DNA of 64,000 nt from Carcharhinus amblyrhynchos (Eukaryota). The notes beneath the pieces are model-generated. The model made no database searches and was not told where the DNA came from. It worked only from the letters and a program-made list of their open reading frames with translations. Made by a program: the position numbers and the translations under genes. Below, piece after piece: positions 1 to 12,388 of this stretch. The stretch is from the NCBI GenBank assembly GCA_965287045.1, contig OZ336876.1:50034001-50098000 (forward strand), written 5' to 3'. The number at the start of each line of letters is the position of its first letter. Positions within the stretch are counted from its first letter, which is position 1.

Positions 1-575
1 CTTCATCTATGTCTTTGTTAACTTCAGATTAGATTATGCCAATGCAATCCAGGCGGCACTCTCACTTTCCGCACTCTGTGAACTTGAGGTCACCCAAAAC
101 TCTGCTGTTTATATCCTAACTTGCACAAAATGCTGTTCACCCATGCTTACTGACCTACATTGGCTCCTGGTTAAACAATGTTTCAATTTTAAAATTTTAA
201 TCCTGTTTTAGAATCCCTCCATCACCTTGTCCTGCCCAATGTCTGTGAACTCCCCCAGCCCTACAACCCTTCAAAATTAGTGCATTCCTTTAATTCTAGC
301 CTCTTGAATATCCCTGTTTTAATAGTTTCACCATTCATTGCAATGCTTTCAGTTGCTAAGGCCCTAAACTCTGGAATTCCCTCCCTAAGCCTCCCTGCCA
401 CTTTAGCTCATTTAAGACTCTCCTTAAAAACTAACCTCTTTGACTAAGCTTTTGGTCATTGGTCCTAATATCTCCTTTTGTGACACTATGCCAAACTTTA
501 TTTGATGGTACCTCTGTAAAGTGCCCTGTGACAATTTATTACATTAGCAATGGTATACAAATACAGGTTGTTGTC
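1..575 (+). mobile_element. L2-clade LINE 3' end, decayed
   Basis: Typical L2 RT C-terminal and tail motifs (cattggctcctgg...ttttaaaattt, ctctggaattccctccct, tttaagactctccttaaaa...ctctttgac, gtaaagtgccctg...tacaaatacaggttgttgt). Confidence 0.75.
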
Positions 576-696
576 TTTCTTATTACCAGCCAAAGCACAG
601 AAAACCTGAACCACAAATTACTTGTAAGAGAACAATTCCACAGGACAAATACTTAACCAATTCCTCTACCATTACTTAAAAAAAACTTCAAAGGTT

Positions 697-823
697 GGGT
701 GGGATTTTCTAGCTCTGCCTAATGTCAGGATCATCCAGTGCTGTTTAAAAGCAATGGACTTTTGTCTGAATCTCTGCGTCCTCTGTGGTGGGTCCTGACA
801 AGGTGCGGCCAGAAAATCCTGGC
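697..823. mobile_element. Short (~130 bp) MITE, Harbinger-like TIRs
   Basis: Ends gggtgggattttct / agaaaatcctggc are inverted. Related copies lie at about 3544-3679, 5205-5305, 24838-24884, 27172-27298, 35563-35724, 50799-50935 and 61266-61390. Confidence 0.6.
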
Positions 824-1126
824 TATTGTCTCTTCTGAGTACTATGCTTCAACCACCGAGAGCTCCATACCCTCCCAGCAATATTGCACCTTTGATAAAA
901 TCTGCGACTTGTTCAAGCGGGCCAATATTTTCCCAAATCTGTTTTTATTGCTTTTGCCTCTTTTCTATCGCTATTGTCTCTAATTGTGGGAACGGGCATA
1001 GCTGTAGATATAATCCTACTTAAATTTGTTAATAGCAGTTTCGATGCAGCAAAGGAACTGTCCACAATTAAGATAATATGCTCATCTTTCAAGGACAGGA
1101 CTTTCAGACAACCCAAGAGGTATCAA

Positions 1127-1585
1127 AGCTAGGTATCGCTCCTGCTCTGACCAAGACTGCAAGAAACTACAAAGGGTTGTGAATGTAGCCCTGTCCATCA
1201 CACAAATCAGCCTTTTATTCGTTGACTCCGTCTCCACTTCCTGCTACCTTAGAAAAGCAGCCAGCATATTAAAGGCCCCACGCACCCCAGATATACTCTC
1301 TTCCCCCTTTTTCCATCAGGAAAAGGATGTAATAGTCTGAGATCACATACCAACTGATTCAAGAACAGCTTCTTCCCTGCTGCCATCAGACTTTTGAGTG
1401 GACCTACCATATATTAACTTGTTCTTTCACAACAACCTAGGTATGCCTGTAACACCAGATCCTGTCATCTCTCCTTTCCTTCTCCCCTATGTACTCTATA
1501 AATGGTATGCTCTGCTTGTAGAACAAGAAACAATACTTTTCGCTGTATACCAATATATGTCACAATATTAAATCAGATCAAATAA
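1127..1585 (+). mobile_element. Rex1/Babar-like LINE 3' end
   Basis: Remnant coding motifs (DCKKLQRVVN, FKNSFFPAAIRLL) and a 3' UTR ending in an aaatca-type tail. Confidence 0.75.
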
Positions 1586-1945
1586 AAAAAAGATGGTGTA
1601 ACCACAATTCCAGCCTCTTTGAGTGCAAAGATACTGCTATTTTCTCCTCAATCACCTTATCCCTAAACCTATATCACTGTCACAGACAGAAACAATATCC
1701 AAATTTGCGTTGTAACTCGGTGTAAAAGACACTTCTAATCAACTTTGAAGAACTCTCAAGCAAAATGTGTGTTTTGGTTTGCCTAACAAGCATTTCAGCT
1801 AGTGCTTGCATGAGTAAGGAAGAAAAACGTGCATTTTTATAGCACCTTAAATAGCCTCAGGACATTCCAAAGTACTTTACGGCCAATGAACAGAAATGAT
1901 GTAACACCAAATTTGTTTAATTCTGCTACTAATCAAAACAACATG

Positions 1946-2590
1946 GTCTGGATTTAATGGCTGGGAGTGTTTTCAGCAGCATGGAGGCACATAAAGGCTA
2001 ACCCACAGCCTTCCTTCCCACCCACAACTCAGTGAGCATAATAGCGCAGGTAGGCAGGCAGGCTCCGATATTGGCAACCCACCCACCATTTTGAAAAACA
2101 TTAATAGGCAACTGGACTTTCTAACCAGTCAATTGACCCAAATATTATGCTGCTCACACCAAAAAGGAGTTGAAGTAGGCTGATGTGTGAGAGTGGGGAG
2201 TTGTCTCTTTTAAAAAATAGGAACAGAGGGATCTTTCAGAGGGTGCTCTGTGTGTACAGGGTGCACTCCCCAATATGATGTCCTTCCTTTGTGATGCCCT
2301 GCCTCACCTCTATAATTGTCCTTTCATTCCCCTTGCCTTCCCTCCTCATGGTGCCCAATCCCACCCTAAAAGCGTGGGACTTACTTTAGACCAGGATGGA
2401 TTGCTCTTCTTCCAGGAGCTCCTTTGCAGTACCAGCAGCACCCACTGCTGAGTGCTGGCGCTGCTGGCACTGCTACAGTTACTGGCCAATCTGACTGGCC
2501 AGCAGTTCCTGAGGGCGGGACTTCCAGTCACGAAAGTACAGCTTGTGATCGCTGCAAGGCAGCTTTAAGTCAGTTGCTTTCTGGCCAACT
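1946..2590. mobile_element. Decayed non-autonomous DNA transposon (Harbinger-derived type)
   Basis: ggtctggattt start and internal motifs shared with 39000-39600, 52050-52562 and 63172-63871. Confidence 0.45.
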
Positions 2591-2602
2591 TTTGTAACAA
2601 GA

Positions 2603-3025
2603 CCATAAGAAATAGGGACAGGAGCAAGCCATTCACCCCTTTGAGCCTGCTGTGCCATTTAATAAGATCATGACTGATCTAATGCTCACTAAGTCCACTT
2701 TCCTGCCTTATTCCCGTAGCTCATAATTACCTTATTGATTAAAAACTTATTGATCTCGGCCTTGAAAATATTCAAGGGTTGGTCTTCACAGATTCCTGTG
2801 GTAAAGAATTCCAAAAATTCACCACTCAGGGAGAAGTAATCCCTCAAATTTGTTTTAAATGAGCACCCCTGTATTTTGCGACTTTGGCCTCTGGTCCTCC
2901 ACTCTCCCATTAGTGGAAACATTCTGTCAGCATTTTTTACCCCTAACAATCTGAGATGTTTCAATCATATCAGCACAGACCCAAACAGTTTAATCTTTCT
3001 CAGCTGGCAGTCCCTCCATACCCGG
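2603..3025 (-). mobile_element. CR1 LINE 3' end
   Basis: ORF 2689-2964 encodes the CR1 RT C-terminus (RTRGQSRKI...IFKAEINKFL...YGNKAGKW), followed by a cataagaaatagg tail. Confidence 0.85.
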
Positions 3026-4227
3026 GAGTGAGACTGGGCATGCAATTCTCCCCTCCTCCGTAATATTCACCTCTGTTTAAAAAAATTAAGTATCATTGGC
3101 AACAGCAAGCCAAAATGTTTTTCAACGTCTGCTACTTGTCTTCCAAAGCAGCAACATAATTACTTTATAAAATCATTTGCTGATAATTCTGCATCTAATT
3201 ACCAGGTTATGTTCATGATACTTTAATGAAAATAAACCCCAGTAAAAGATGGATTTTTACCATTTTGTACTTAAATGGGCATTTTTTTTAAATAAGCATG
3301 CTTTCACTGATCAGACCACAAGTTCATAAAGACAGTGTTATTAAGATTATGGACTGTTACTGCAGTTACTCCGTGGTAATGTGAACATATAATTTACGGT
3401 TTTGAAATTTCAACATCAGGCATTACACTTTCATGATACTGTGATTTGAAAATTTACATAATAGTCTATTTGTATGTGCACAAACATATATATATATCTA
3501 CTTCTTAATTCCTTTCAAAATAAATTATATCATTCTAGAAAACGGACATAATTCTCCGGTTTCGCATGCCCTGCCTCTGCTGCCAGCGAGAATGGAGAAT
3601 TTAGCACTCAGCAGAATCATCATTCACAGCAGTGGGACTGGAGAATCCCAGCTGTGGGCAAAATCAAAGAATCTAGCCCCAAAGCTAAAAGTGTTACAAG
3701 TCACCTATTTAAACCATGCTTTGAGGAATCTGGTATGAATTAAAATTTCTAAAAATTAATGAATACACTGATTGAGATTTTTAACAACTTGGTTACAAAA
3801 TCATAAAACAAATCTGCCAGCAGTTTCACATTTAACTGGGACATAAAGTAAAGGAGGAATTATTAGAACAACTACCTTGCAGTAGGTATACAATCAAACG
3901 CTTGGAAAATAACATCTCCATAAACAAACATTTTCTATAATCTGCCATCCACCTCTGCAGTAAAAGTTATTAAATACATGTTTTCTTTTCAGTTTCCCCA
4001 CAGAGTTTATAAAGCTCTCGCTCTGCCACAACTGCCCCCAACCCCGTAACTCAGTGGGCGTTTGTCTGCCTGTAAGGACTCATCCAGCTAGCTTGCTTCA
4101 CAGATTTTGTAATGCATCGCAATAGTATAGGAAGTGCAGGACAAAATATCATGGTGCTGTATAAACGAGTAAATAAGGGACATACCAGGTATAGTACATC
4201 TTTTACAATCAAATGAGCTTTTCCACT

Positions 4228-4273
4228 GCCCCCATCCCCACCCCCACCCCCCCACCTCTCCTCCCTCCCCGCC
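4228..4273 (-). promoter_or_regulatory. G-quadruplex-prone / GC-box tract
   Basis: The minus strand reads ggcggggagggaggagaggtgggggggtgggggtggggatggggg, with six runs of 3 or more G. Confidence 0.55.
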
Positions 4274-4651
4274 TTGCGGAGTAGAAGTCCTGAAAAAAAG
4301 CTGATATTTCCTTTGTCTGGAACTCAAAACCACATGATTGTAGTTTAGAATCCTGGTTGGCTAACATTCAAAAAACTGGCAAGGAGCCAAATACTGCTGT
4401 ACGCAGACTGAATATTCGGTATATACTCTCTCTTTCTCCCTACTGCTTATCTGCACCAAACACTATCTGTATAGCAGCTACAGACGTATGACAGCCAGAA
4501 GCTAAACTGTTAGATTGACTAGGGCGTATGTTTATTTTTGGCAATACTCTGTAACAACGCTGTCAGGTTTTCCTTGTGTTTCTCCACCATTTCTTCTTGC
4601 TAGACTTATTTATTGCCTGGTCATGTTGCTTCACTGCAGGGGCCTAGATAA

Positions 4652-4654
<3 letters not shown>

Positions 4655-4683
<29 letters not shown>
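4655..4683. repeat. (CA)n microsatellite
   Basis: About 14 uninterrupted CA units. Confidence 0.95.
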
Positions 4684-4685
<2 letters not shown>

Positions 4686-5436
4686 CTTTGGAGGAAATAG
4701 GCCGTACTCTAGTTACTATGACAACAGGTCATTATTAAACTGGGTATTGTTTAGTGTTTCAAATTCATTTTTGAAAGAGACAGTTTATGGCTTACTGAGA
4801 GGAGGCCAAGCACATTTCATGCTTAGAATGGAATGAAGAATCGATGTAAATATCAGAAGATTTTAAAAATGCAATATTTTTCTACATTCCTGCAGCATAA
4901 CTGCCCATGACATGCCCAGACTCTCATGCGCTGCTGCAAAATAAGTCCTTTGTCTGTTTGCTGTGGTCATTAGTAGAATTCTTATGCTTACGATTTATAC
5001 TTTTTCCCTTTCTTCTGGATAATTCTAACCTTGGTTATGGAAAATGTCTTCACCAGATGACAGACAAGAATGGTTCAGTCTTTCCAAAAGTCCAAGCTTC
5101 ATCAATGTCATGACCAAGAAGTTAATTATAGTAATAAAAAAAAGTTTGTCATATTTAGGATTATTATTATTAGCAAAAAAAAGTACGACATCAAGACAAA
5201 GATGTGGGTGGGATTCTCCAATCCTGTTCCTGCTCAGCCAAAATTCCTTTCACTGCAGCAGAACTGGAGAATCACAACTACGTCTGAGGTCGGTGAATTC
5301 CAGCCATTCCTTCAACCAAATATCCCTTGCCTATCCTGGACCCATACTAAATGAAAAACCAAAATACAATAATCCAGGAATTTCTGAGCATTTAGTCATT
5401 GTGGCCTCCTTAGATATGGAATACGACAGAATAAGG

Positions 5437-5610
5437 CTAAAGTCACCATGGTCGCAGGTGGCCATAGGTTCAATTCCCATACTGGTTGAGGTTATTCATG
5501 AAGGCCCCGCCTTCTCAACCTCACCCCTCGCCTGTCGTGTGGTGATCCTCAGGTTAAAACACCACCAGTCAGTGCCTTTGGTGATCTGGGACTACGACGA
5601 CTTTACCTTT
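5437..5610 (+). mobile_element. tRNA-derived SINE fragment with an inverted copy of its own tail at the 5' side
   Basis: B-box ggttcaattccc; the body is shared with 56500-56715; 5437-5469 is the reverse complement of 5575-5606. Confidence 0.65.
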
Positions 5611-6603
5611 TACCAGAGTCTCAAGGGCCACATGAAGAAGTGAAAAAACTGTTTCAGTTAAGTTACAAATAAGTACTAGAAGTTCCAGTGTTTAGACCTG
5701 ATATTTGTCCAGCAATGAGGTAATTGAATAAAAATCAGTCACTTCCAATCTTCCAAGCCCTTAAAATACAAATAGAAATAACCAGGGACAAATATAAACA
5801 ACCACAAGATGACCTTCTTGAATTGTGTGGAGTAGAATTCCCAGGTTCATGGGCACATGGCATATTTAGATACCTCAGAAGCAGTCGATTTTTGTATGTA
5901 ATTTCTTATGACATGGAGTGGGGCAATCTGATCTGGAGATTATTTCATTTCACTTTCAGACTTAGGTTCTACACACCTGAATGAAAAATTAAATGATACT
6001 CTTGACTTGGAAACAAACGAAACACCAAATCACGTGACTTTAAACAAATTGTGATACCAAAATTCCTTTTCTTGAGGATGTAACTAGGTCTTTATAAACC
6101 AGTGAGATAACATAACTCACTGTCCCATTATCATGAGGGACTGTGCTATCCACTTATTGTCCCTCACTCTAAGCCATGTCAAACTGTCGGGCAAAGCAAA
6201 TATTGCTATTTACTCACATAGTCTTGAGGCAAAATGTGTTATGAAATGCATGTTTATTTCTACATGTACAAGTGGCTGTTGCTGTTAGGTCAGGCTGTGG
6301 ACTTGATACAGAAGTACAATGACTTAAGGATCTCCTGGGGCTGTTCTGTCCAGTTATACCTTGCTTATTCGAACATTAAATCAATCACCAATGCCAATCA
6401 TACATCTTTAAATGAGCGTTCTGAAACGTGTGCAAACACTCTCTTATTCTAATCCATTATGTGGATGAAACTTCACACTGAATAATTGATTTATCAAATC
6501 TCAAACATCCTACGTAAATGACTAGGCATCAACAAGTCCCAGAAATGCTCAAATTAATTTTATGTATAATTTGGATGCATTCAGGATTTCCAGGATGTTT
6601 TAT

Positions 6604-7255
6604 AGGCCAGAATTTTCCATGCTGGAACAAAGTGAGGTGGCAGCAGGAATGTCGGCATGATTTCCACTGGGCAGTGGGTCAGATGAGCTCACATAATGAT
6701 CTGGTTTTCAGTTTGTTAATTATGCACTAGCGAGGAGCTCATTGAATCTCGTGACAGGGCAGTCATTACCTCACGGGCAGAAGGTCCTGGCACCATATTT
6801 AAACAGCACCTGGACAGACATTTACTTATTGCAGGCCAGGTATGTTGTGTTTTCTGGGTTCCCCATCGGACTTAAAAGAACAAAATCTGCCACTCCACTG
6901 TTCAGCAAGGTCTCCCTGAGGATTCTCCTCCACTGGAAAAGCAGGAGGTCCTCTTTCCAAGCGATGGAAGCAGGAGGTCGTCCCACCTGTTCTGGCTGAT
7001 GTTGTAGTTCTGGCATGTATGTGTAGGTGCTCATGGGAAGGGACAAACACCTTGGAGATACCACACCAGCAGTTTCTGCCAGATTTCTGCAGGACCTGTG
7101 TAGGTCAGACCAACAGCAGGAAACCCTTAGCAGGCTGGGACTCTCCACATCTCGGGTGACTGGGACACCCAGTTTCATCTCAGACAACAAGACATACGAG
7201 TCAACAGGTTGTTTTCACCTCTGCTGCAGATGTTGGGGCTGCCCCTAGACATCGC
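6604..7255 (+). mobile_element. PIF/Harbinger left end with decayed Myb/SANT-like ORF start
   Basis: TIR ggccagaattttcc. The frameshifted peptide PLFSKVSLRILL../EKQEVLFPSDGSR resembles the Harbinger Myb-like protein N-terminus (PRFSxxxLxxLL...EVLFP). Confidence 0.65.
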
Positions 7256-7258
7256 TGT

Positions 7259-8068
7259 AAAACATAGAACAATAGAGCACAGTACGGGCCTTTCGGCCTT
7301 CGATGTTGGGCCAAGCTACGTCCAAACTCAAGATCAAGCTATCTCCTCCCTATAATTCTGGTGTGCTCCATGTGCCTATCCAATAACCGCTTGAAAGTTC
7401 CTATAGTGTCCGACTCCACTGTCACAGCAGGCAGTACATTCCACATCCCAATCACTCTTTGAGTAGAGTACCTCGAACATCTCTCCTATATCTCCCACCA
7501 TGAACCTTACAGTTATGCCCCCTAGTAACAGCTACATCCACCCGAGGAAATAGTCTCTGCACACCCACTCTATGTATCCCCCTCATCATCTTATAAACCT
7601 CTATTAAGTCGCCTCTCATCCTTCTCTGCTCTAAAGAGAAAAGCTCCAGCTCCTTCGACCTTTCCTCATAAGACCTACCCTCCAAACCAGGCAGCATCCT
7701 GGTAAATCTCCTCCGCACTCTCTCCAATGCTTCCATCCTTCTTATAGTGAGGTGACCAGAACTGCACACAATATTCCAAAAGTGGTCTCACCAAGGTCCA
7801 GTATATTTGCAGCATAACCCCACGGCTCTTAAACTCTAACCCCCGTTAATAAATTCTAACACACTATAAGCTTTCTTCATGGCTCTATCCACTTGAGTGG
7901 CAACCTTCAGAGATCTGTGGATATGAACCCCAAGATTTCTCTGTTCCTTCACATTCCTCAGAACCCTGCTGTTGACCCTGTAATCTGCATTCAAGTTTGT
8001 CCTACCAAAATTAATCACCTCACACTTATCAGGATTAAACTCCATCTGCCACTTTTCTGCCCAGCTCT
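7259..8068 (-). mobile_element. CR1 (HER1-like) LINE 3' portion
   Basis: ORFs 7836-8045 (MEFNPDKCEV) and 7452-7769 (LERVRRRFTRMLPG...RGDLIEVYKMM) are CR1 RT C-terminus. Confidence 0.92.
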
Positions 8069-8353
8069 CTTTGTAGGAGACAAAAGATTAATAAGTTTTG
8101 AATGCACAACGGTGCGATGGGTGTTCATTTACTATGTACAATCTTCACTATTGTAAATATAGCTCACACTTATCCTTCTCCTAATCTCAGGTACTGAATA
8201 GCTAATTGAAGTTGTGAGGTCCTACTTTCATCTGAGGGTCCAACATCAACCCCTTCCAATTATCTTCCATTTGCATCCTCAGTTCCATTAACCCTCACTC
8301 AATCTCATCATAGTAAATTGTCTTTATTTACACATCAAAAACAGCAACATTCA

Positions 8354-8630
8354 GGGGCAGCAAGGTGGCACAGTGGTTAGCACTGCTACCTCACAGCACC
8401 AAGAACACAGCTTTGATTGCAGTATTTGGTGACTGTGTGAAGTTTGCATGTTCTCCCCATGTCTGTGTGGGTTTCCTCTGAGTGGTCTGATTTCCTCCCA
8501 TAGTCCAAAGATGTGCCATGATCAATGCGCAGGGTGATGAGATTAGAGCAGCAGATTGGGCCTGGGTAGGGTGCACTTTCCAAGGCTCAATGGGCCAAAT
8601 GGCCTCTTTTGTACTGCATGGATTCTATGA
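8354..8630 (+). mobile_element. HE1-type V-SINE
   Basis: tRNA-like head ggtggcacagtggttagcactgc, V-domain gtttgcatgttctcccc...gtgggtttcctc, and a CR1-like tail. Confidence 0.85.
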
Positions 8631-9699
8631 ATAAACATGCAAGAATGATGGCTGGACTACACAGATGTGACCTTTGAATCTCAGTCAAATATTATTTGGG
8701 CTCATGAGAATTGCTCAGCAAGTTTAGTGATATCCTGATGCTATGCACTGAAGTCTGTAATTTGTCAATGTAACAAGTATTTGTTGTGACAAATGTTAGA
8801 ATCTTTTCTCCCTGTAGCAATGGCAGCTAGTTTATGACAGTGAGTTTTCCAAAAAAGTAATATTCATCTTCGAGCACCATAGCCTTTCATATTTCCCGCA
8901 GCATGTTTTAATCTCAGCATTTAAAGCTAAACATCATTAATTTCTTCGTTCCCACTCTCATCGCAACAAGAGAAGTAGGTTCCACTCGGTGACATTAGAA
9001 GTGTCTGCTAAAGGGAGACATAACTCGCAGCTTTGCGTGCACACTGTTGAAGAGTAACAGGGCACTGTGTCCTGATGTCTGAAAGGATATTGGTGCTCAG
9101 TATTAGAATGAAGCCTCTCCATTATTCATCCACGAAAGCTGGCGTTTGGAGAGATGGTGCTGTCCAGATGCTGCTCCCTCTTAAAATGGTCAAGCACTAA
9201 CCAATGATAAATGTACTGCCTTGCTCAGTTGCTGCCATTCTGGTACAACTGCATCCACGTGTGCAATGGTGTTGCAGCTGTTTCAAGGTTGCCATGCTCA
9301 CTGACTTGTTGGTGCCACGTTTGAATGGGATTGCTTAAGGAGTGCTAGTGCAGCACTAATCACATTGCTCAATGGACACATGTTCCCACTCAAGGCCTTC
9401 CAAGGTTGACTTCATGATAAGGGAAGCAGGTAATTTATGCTGTTTTAATGATACGGTGAAATTGATCAACTTTCCTGACATGTTGATGCTGAGAATCAAG
9501 GTTTTGTGAAACCCTTTCTTCTCTTTTATTCCTCTTGATATCTTGTAGCCATGGGGTTGGCGTGACCACATCTGCCATGTTGTGTCCATGCAATAGCTTA
9601 TTCATGTTGCTCATCTGAATCCTTTCTCTTTTCAGAGTCATCCCTTTTGAGTCCTCGTCATTCAAGAAGGCAAAGTTTCTCAATATCACCCTTTGGCAA

Positions 9700-10500
9700 C
9701 ACATCCCCCCTTTGCAGCACAAGGTGTGTAGTGAATCTCTGTGATGAGTGTTGGAAAGCCCCATCTGACCTGTCTGAACATCAGAAACATATCTTTAGGA
9801 GACCAATACTTTATTCTATTAAGGGCCTTGTGTTGAATGTGTGGCATCGTATTTCTTGTCAGATGCACTCCATGGGCAATAAAGAGGCATCATTAACATG
9901 TCTTCTGGGTACCCCTCGTCAGCCAGGAGCCAACTGTCTAAGCACCAAGGTCCCTCAGGTATCTCTGATACCCAATAATGTATCAGTGATGTGAGCTCCC
10001 TGAGTAACTAGCACAGACATGCTAGATCTGCTTTCTGTGACCATGAATGAGATGGATGTTCAGAGAGGGAAATTTCCTCCAATAAATAAATATTAATATA
10101 AATAAATCTATCAGGCTGCTGCAAAGGAGCTCTCAAGGACACACACGTACAGTTGAAAGCACCCCATACTTACGGGAATCACAGTGAATCCCACAGCTCT
10201 AGCGGTCTGGCTTGTGTCATCCATGTGGAATTGCACATAATGATCAGCTTTACTGAAAAGGACATGTCACCTCCTTGTGCATGTCACTGAATGTGAAATT
10301 CTGCAAAGATCCCCAGTACAGCCCTGGAAGGTTTTGTTTGCAAAATGCGGCAGTAACTTCCATAGCAACTGGCATCAGATGCTCTCCAAGGCTGAGCAGC
10401 ATGGTTCCTCAAAGATAATATAACAAATATGAGCTACCACATCTCCACACAAGTGCAGGCACCTGTGCTACTGTCTTTCAATCACTTCCATGTATGAGCT
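9700..10500 (-). pseudogene. Decayed PIF/Harbinger (HARBI1-like DDE) transposase
   Basis: Minus-strand fragments in the correct order: LMPVAMEVTAAF, FQGCTGDLCRIS, FPSLNIHLIHGHRKQI*HVCASYSGSSH, WLLADEGYP, ALIE*SIGLLKICF*CSDRSDGAFQHS. Many stops and frameshifts. Confidence 0.8.
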
Positions 10501-12039
10501 GCATCTCCTGTTTGTTGTGCCAAACATCGTTTTGGATATGGCCATTCCTCAATCAGCCAGTGGGATTTCCTGGGGACCCAATGGCTCTTGATCCTTAGGG
10601 TGATGGTCTTCCCTGAGCTGTGTCAATCGGCAAGGGGTCCTTTATCTCATTCTAATTACAGCTGTCCTATAACCCACAGTCAGTGATTGTCCTCCAGTGG
10701 CCTTGATAATAACTACTGATAGCCAATCCTTGCATGCATGTCATGATTGCAAGCATGATGCCTTGAATGCCATGACTAGTACACTGGGAACATGGAGGCT
10801 TGTAGGACCCACACCGTCTCAGTGCAGCAGATATAGCCCTTCATTTTAGACCAGATGCACCACAGCTCCCAAACACAATGGACTGTCGCCTGAATGAGTA
10901 CCATCTATAAAGGAGCTCCACTTGTTCATTGTGCATTAGGCCTCTGAGTCCAGCATTCAGTTGAGCCATGCTCTCCATGGCTTGAGCAGGAAATTGAAAG
11001 GGGGGGCACCTTCAATTAGCCAAAGATTGCAGAGACTAGAGACCCCTCCCTGAATGATTTTCTCCAGCTTGTTTTGTGCCATTCTTCGGTGAATGAAGAA
11101 ATGGTGGTGTTGACTTTTGTGTATGAAGCAGCTTCCAACTTCCCCTATTACTCATCAATTCATCCCATCTTCTTCCATACTCATAGCCTCCTAATTCCAA
11201 ATCATTCTGTAACTATCCAGTCTCCCTCTTACCTTTGACTCCATTGTTGATCATGTGGCTGTTGTTGTTCTTCCCTCTCAACATTTTAATGTTGATATCT
11301 CAATGCTGTTTGTCAACCTGGCCCTTCCTCTTCTTGAGGTCAAACATACCTTTACTTCTGAGCACCGCCTCAAAATGAGATCATCCAATAAGCTCCTCCA
11401 TGACATTTCAGTTATCAAGTTATAGCATTTAGCTGCCTCTCCTGAAAGTTATAGTGTTCTTTGCATCACTACACCATGTTCGAACCTCCAGAACCAAATC
11501 CCTTAGGTGACTGACCCATGCCCTGTATACCATATTGTATATGATCATCACTGTTCTGAGCAGCCTTTCTCCATCCCCTCACAAGACCTGGAATAAGACT
11601 TGTGTGCCATGCAAAGCCCTCTAACATGGTCCCCACAGCCACACAATAATTTCTTTACAATGTCACCAATGCAAGCAAGGCCTCAGCTCCAGGTCAGTGC
11701 CAACAATATGCCTTCACAGAGTGGTCATAGTGGCAGTACAATCTCAGACTCTTCCTTGGACATTCACATAACTCCTGCCCAGGATAGTCTTGCACTATCC
11801 CACTACATTCCTTACTATTCTCTCACCCTGTCTCTCCCTTTCCCTCTCCCCTGTCATGTTTCCCTTGCCCAGTGCTGCCTCTATTTCTCCCCACCCTTGT
11901 CATGTTCCTCTGCCTCCTTATGCAGTCCTTGGTGCTTCCGCCTCACCTCTCCCCACTGCTCTTACTTCCTGTCCCCAAGCCCTGGTGCAACTTGTGCTAC
12001 AGATACCTGATACTTTGTAGCTACAGTCTTAAAGGAAGA

Positions 12040-12388
12040 TGAAAGCAACATCCTCTGACCTCCACATCGGGGATGATCTGAAGCTCTCTAGGCATGCGCC
12101 ATTTATATACAGTCACAAAACAGACCATTCTAATTATCCGCTGTAGGGCACTTAACTTGGAAGAGGAATGTAATTTCAGCAAGTTGGCTGTTCAGTGAGC
12201 TTTCATGAGATGCAGACGTGGTTCCTGGCATGGATCAGCAGGAAACTTTGCCACCTTTAAGCCACCATCGAAGTTCGGGGAACAAAATTCCAAACCAATC
12301 TCCATCAGGTGTGAAACTGACACTTTCAATCATGCCACATATAGTGCTCCCACCCACCATGATTCCTATTGCTGGAAAACTCTGCCAA
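12040..12388. mobile_element. Harbinger terminal region (right TIR ggaaaactctgcc)
   Basis: The reverse complement of 12371-12390 (tattggcagagttttccagc) resembles 6601-6622 (tataggccagaattttccatgc). Confidence 0.5.

Noticed and set aside
913-1116. ORF containing RKEAKAI as possible DNMT3A exon 7 (AEKKAKVIA)
   Set aside because: There is no continuing similarity toward the PWWP domain and no suitable acceptor; exon 7 probably lies left of the window.
5044-5643. Longest ORF in the track (199 aa)
   Set aside because: It runs through a MITE and a SINE, has no recognisable domain, and is antisense within an intron.
8354-8420. tRNA-like A/B boxes here and at ~26620, 40560 and 46100
   Set aside because: These are SINE heads continuing into SINE bodies; there is no complete cloverleaf.
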